NCBI GenBank assembly: GCA_036388355.1
Contig: DASVRZ010000135.1
Span: 5,240 to 69,239, forward strand
Direction of reading: 5' to 3'
Length of the DNA stretch: 64,000 bases
Source: Chthoniobacterales bacterium
Lineage (GTDB): Bacteria > Verrucomicrobiota > Verrucomicrobiia > Chthoniobacterales > DASVRZ01
Under the pieces are notes generated by a model, which was not told where the DNA came from, did not search any database, and saw only the letters and a list, made by a program, of their open reading frames with translations. Below, piece by piece: positions 61,783 to 64,000 of the stretch (its first letter is position 1; each line of letters begins with the position of its first letter). A program made the translations under genes and the position numbers.

Positions 61783-64000
61783 ATGAAACGTCACCACCCC
61801 GCCTTCGTCCTCGCTGTTAGCTCCCTTTTCATCCTTGGCCCCGCCACTGCACAGGAAGCAGAATTACCGCAGTGGAAATGGACCGGCGCAATCGGCAACT
61901 GGACAACCGCAGCGAATTGGATGCCGAACACCGTCCCAACGAACGAAGTGATAGGAGAGGCGACAATTGATAACGGCGGTACTGCGGTCGTTTCCGAAGC
62001 GGCCGGCGTCACGTGGCTTTATGTAACCGAGGGTGCCCTCCAGGTGGCTGGCGGCGACCTCTCGACTAGCACCGTCTTTGTGGGCATTAACGGCGGGACC
62101 GGGAGCGGCAGCCTGGAGAGCGGTTCCTGGGACACCGACCAGCTCTCTATCGGCGAAGGTGCGGAAAGCACGGGAGCCGTGACGATCGATGGTGGCGTTC
62201 TTTCCAGCACTAATCTCTTTGTCGGCAGCGGCGGCGGAAGCGGACAATTCACATTCAACGGCGGCAGCCTGAATACTTCCCTTACCTTAATCGGCCGCGC
62301 CGGGAGCAGCGGCGACGCCAGCATCACAGGAGGCATTTGGACAAACGCCATCGAGCTGATCGTAGGTAGAGACGGAGCCCGTGGAAATCTGCAGATGGAG
62401 GGCGGCAGCCTTTCTACCGCCAGGCTGATGATCGGAAGACAAGATGTCCAGCCGCGTCCACGGGAGGACAGAGAGCCTCCCTCTACCAAGGAGTCGGATG
62501 TAACCCCGACAAATATTTCGGGCACCGTTCCCGCAGTCAGTGCCCTTGTCACGCTCAGCGGCACAGCCAGCGCACATGCCGGTGAGATCATCGTGGGCCA
62601 CGGCGTCAACGGATCGGGCACACTGGAAATCAGCGCTGCGCTCACGAGCAACAGCGCCTCGATTGGAGCCCACGGCGGAAGCGGTGTGGTCAACATTTAC
62701 GCGGGCACTTGGGAGAATGCGGGAACCTTAAAAGTCGGCGAAGGCGGTGGAAGTTCAGGCATGGTGGAGATTTCGGGAGGCACCGTGACGAGCGCTAGCG
62801 TGACCATCGGCGTTGCACTCCCGGCTAGCAAATCCAACCCTGCACCGACAGGCGGAACCGGGGAAGTTTTGGTGGGGCCAGGCGGCACTCTTGCCGCGAC
62901 GAGCAACATGACCGTTGGAGCGAGCACAGGCAGCACTGCTGAATTGCACCTGCAGGGCGGCGCCGTGAACACACCTGTTGCTTCTCTCGGCCTGGTGGCA
63001 AATGCAACGGGCAGTGCGGTGATTAGTGACGGCACGTGGAATGTGGCAAACCTAATCATCGGCAAGGCTGGAAACGGGACCATGGAGATCGCAGCCGGCG
63101 AAAGTCAGCAAGTGAATGTCGTCTCTCCCGCTGCGCCAACCGGCACCGTCGTCAGCACACAAACCGTTCTCGGCCAGGATGCAGGCTCTTTCGGCGCAGC
63201 GACCATTTCCGCTGGGCTGTGGACCAATGAAGAGGCGATCATCGTAGGGAGCAATGGGACCGGAACTCTCAACGTAACGGGGGGCGAGGTTCGCACAGGC
63301 ACTCTGGTTCTGGCCGAGAATGCCGGCTCCTCCGGCACATTGAATTACAGCGGTGGCGTCCTGAACGTCGCAGAGATCGGCACAGGTGCCGGATCAGCAA
63401 CCGTGAATATCCAGGTGGACGTCGACGCCGCCTTTTTACCGAAGCTGACGGGTTCCCTCAGTTTCACGAAGCTGGGTTCCGGCACGACCACCATCACGCA
63501 AGACGCCACCTATACTGGCACCACCACCGTCAGCAGCGGCACATTCATTGTCAACGCAGACCTCTCCTCCAGTGACGACACCCAGGTGCTGGAAGGCGCC
63601 ACCCTCGGCGGCTCCGGCACCCTTGGAGACGTCACCGTCCAGTTGGGCGGCCACCTTGCCCCCGGCAATAGCCCCGGCATCATCGAGATGGGCGACCTTG
63701 TCCTCGATGGCACGCTGGACATCGAGATCGACGGTCTGCTTCCAGGTGCTGAACACGATCAGGTCAGCGTTACCGGCACGGTGGCCTTGAGCGGAGTCTT
63801 TACGCTCGCGCTCAACTGCACTCCGGAGACTGGGGACATGTTTTTCCTCATCCTAAACGACGGGTCTGATGAGATCAGCGGCACCTTTGCTGATCTCGGC
63901 GACGGGGAGCAGTTTGCCACTCCAGACGGCCAGCAATGGCAGATCTTCTACACGGCCAATGGCGAAATGGTGCCGAGTCTGACCGGCGGAAACGATGTTG
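61783..64000 (+). CDS. Secreted autotransporter-associated beta-strand repeat protein (partial; continues past the 3' window edge)
   Basis: Own codon-by-codon translation from the ATG at 61783 found 739 codons with no stop. Signal peptide MKRHHPAFVLAVSSLFILGPATAQEA. About 16-18 degenerate 30-aa units (G.L.v.GG.L.t..l.iG..G.G). Then the canonical FTKLGSGTTTITQDATYTGTTTVSSGTFIVN repeat and LAPGNSPGIIEMGDLVLDGTLDIEIDG. Absent from the track because it has no stop in the window. Confidence 0.85.
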   Translation, partial: MKRHHPAFVLAVSSLFILGPATAQEAELPQWKWTGAIGNWTTAANWMPNTVPTNEVIGEATIDNGGTAVVSEAAGVTWLYVTEGALQVAGGDLSTSTVFVGINGGTGSGSLESGSWDTDQLSIGEGAESTGAVTIDGGVLSSTNLFVGSGGGSGQFTFNGGSLNTSLTLIGRAGSSGDASITGGIWTNAIELIVGRDGARGNLQMEGGSLSTARLMIGRQDVQPRPREDREPPSTKESDVTPTNISGTVPAVSALVTLSGTASAHAGEIIVGHGVNGSGTLEISAALTSNSASIGAHGGSGVVNIYAGTWENAGTLKVGEGGGSSGMVEISGGTVTSASVTIGVALPASKSNPAPTGGTGEVLVGPGGTLAATSNMTVGASTGSTAELHLQGGAVNTPVASLGLVANATGSAVISDGTWNVANLIIGKAGNGTMEIAAGESQQVNVVSPAAPTGTVVSTQTVLGQDAGSFGAATISAGLWTNEEAIIVGSNGTGTLNVTGGEVRTGTLVLAENAGSSGTLNYSGGVLNVAEIGTGAGSATVNIQVDVDAAFLPKLTGSLSFTKLGSGTTTITQDATYTGTTTVSSGTFIVNADLSSSDDTQVLEGATLGGSGTLGDVTVQLGGHLAPGNSPGIIEMGDLVLDGTLDIEIDGLLPGAEHDQVSVTGTVALSGVFTLALNCTPETGDMFFLILNDGSDEISGTFADLGDGEQFATPDGQQWQIFYTANGEMVPSLTGGNDV

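Noticed and set aside
1-64000. A whole-window check for rRNA, tRNA, tmRNA, CRISPR arrays, transposases, integrases or prophage genes.
   Set aside because: I saw no regularly spaced direct repeats, no cloverleaf-like candidates in the intergenic gaps, and no DDE or tyrosine-recombinase motifs in any ORF. tRNAscan-SE, Infernal and ISfinder searches should confirm this negative result.

Overview
This looks like a core chromosomal segment of a GC-rich bacterium (roughly 58-60% GC by eye). The gene content points to Verrucomicrobiota. It includes FtsZ plus a full peptidoglycan gene set, a fused murC-murB, 'autotransporter-associated beta-strand repeat' proteins and many pseudopilins. About one third of the window (2.5-21.4 kb, minus strand) is a complete dcw cluster: mraZ-rsmH-ftsL-ftsI-murE-murF-mraY-murD-(LysM protein)-ftsW-murG-murC/B-ddl-ftsQ-ftsA-ftsZ. 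The rest mixes housekeeping genes (lhgO, alr, purU, lspA, cca, lnt, holB, asd, hrpB, a dGTPase-like gene, GH57 and GlgE alpha-glucan enzymes) with accessory modules. Main accessory observations: (1) two PIN-toxin TA pairs each sit directly 5' of a large SF2 RNA-helicase gene, and one pair is translationally coupled to hrpB; (2) an ECF sigma factor is paired with an 847-aa anti-sigma factor carrying four tandem alpha/beta modules; (3) an ABC ATPase is paired with an 870-aa exporter permease fused to a CPBP/Abi protease; (4) a DUF4160/DUF2442 pair is wedged between holB and asd; (5) a RelE/ParE-fold protein with no adjacent antitoxin lies in the alr operon; (6) a three-gene pseudopilin operon has no secretion machinery in the window; (7) a nested-palindrome REP/MITE-like element has a repeat copy 36 kb away; (8) a low-GC intergenic islet holds two tiny hydrophobic ORFs. 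Two window-edge genes are missing from the ORF track because they have no stop codon in the window: a TonB-dependent receptor N-terminus (1-289, minus) and a beta-strand-repeat protein of more than 739 aa (61783-64000, plus). I recognised no rRNA, tRNA, CRISPR array, transposase or integrase. All calls rest on reading the translations and the DNA by eye, with no database search.
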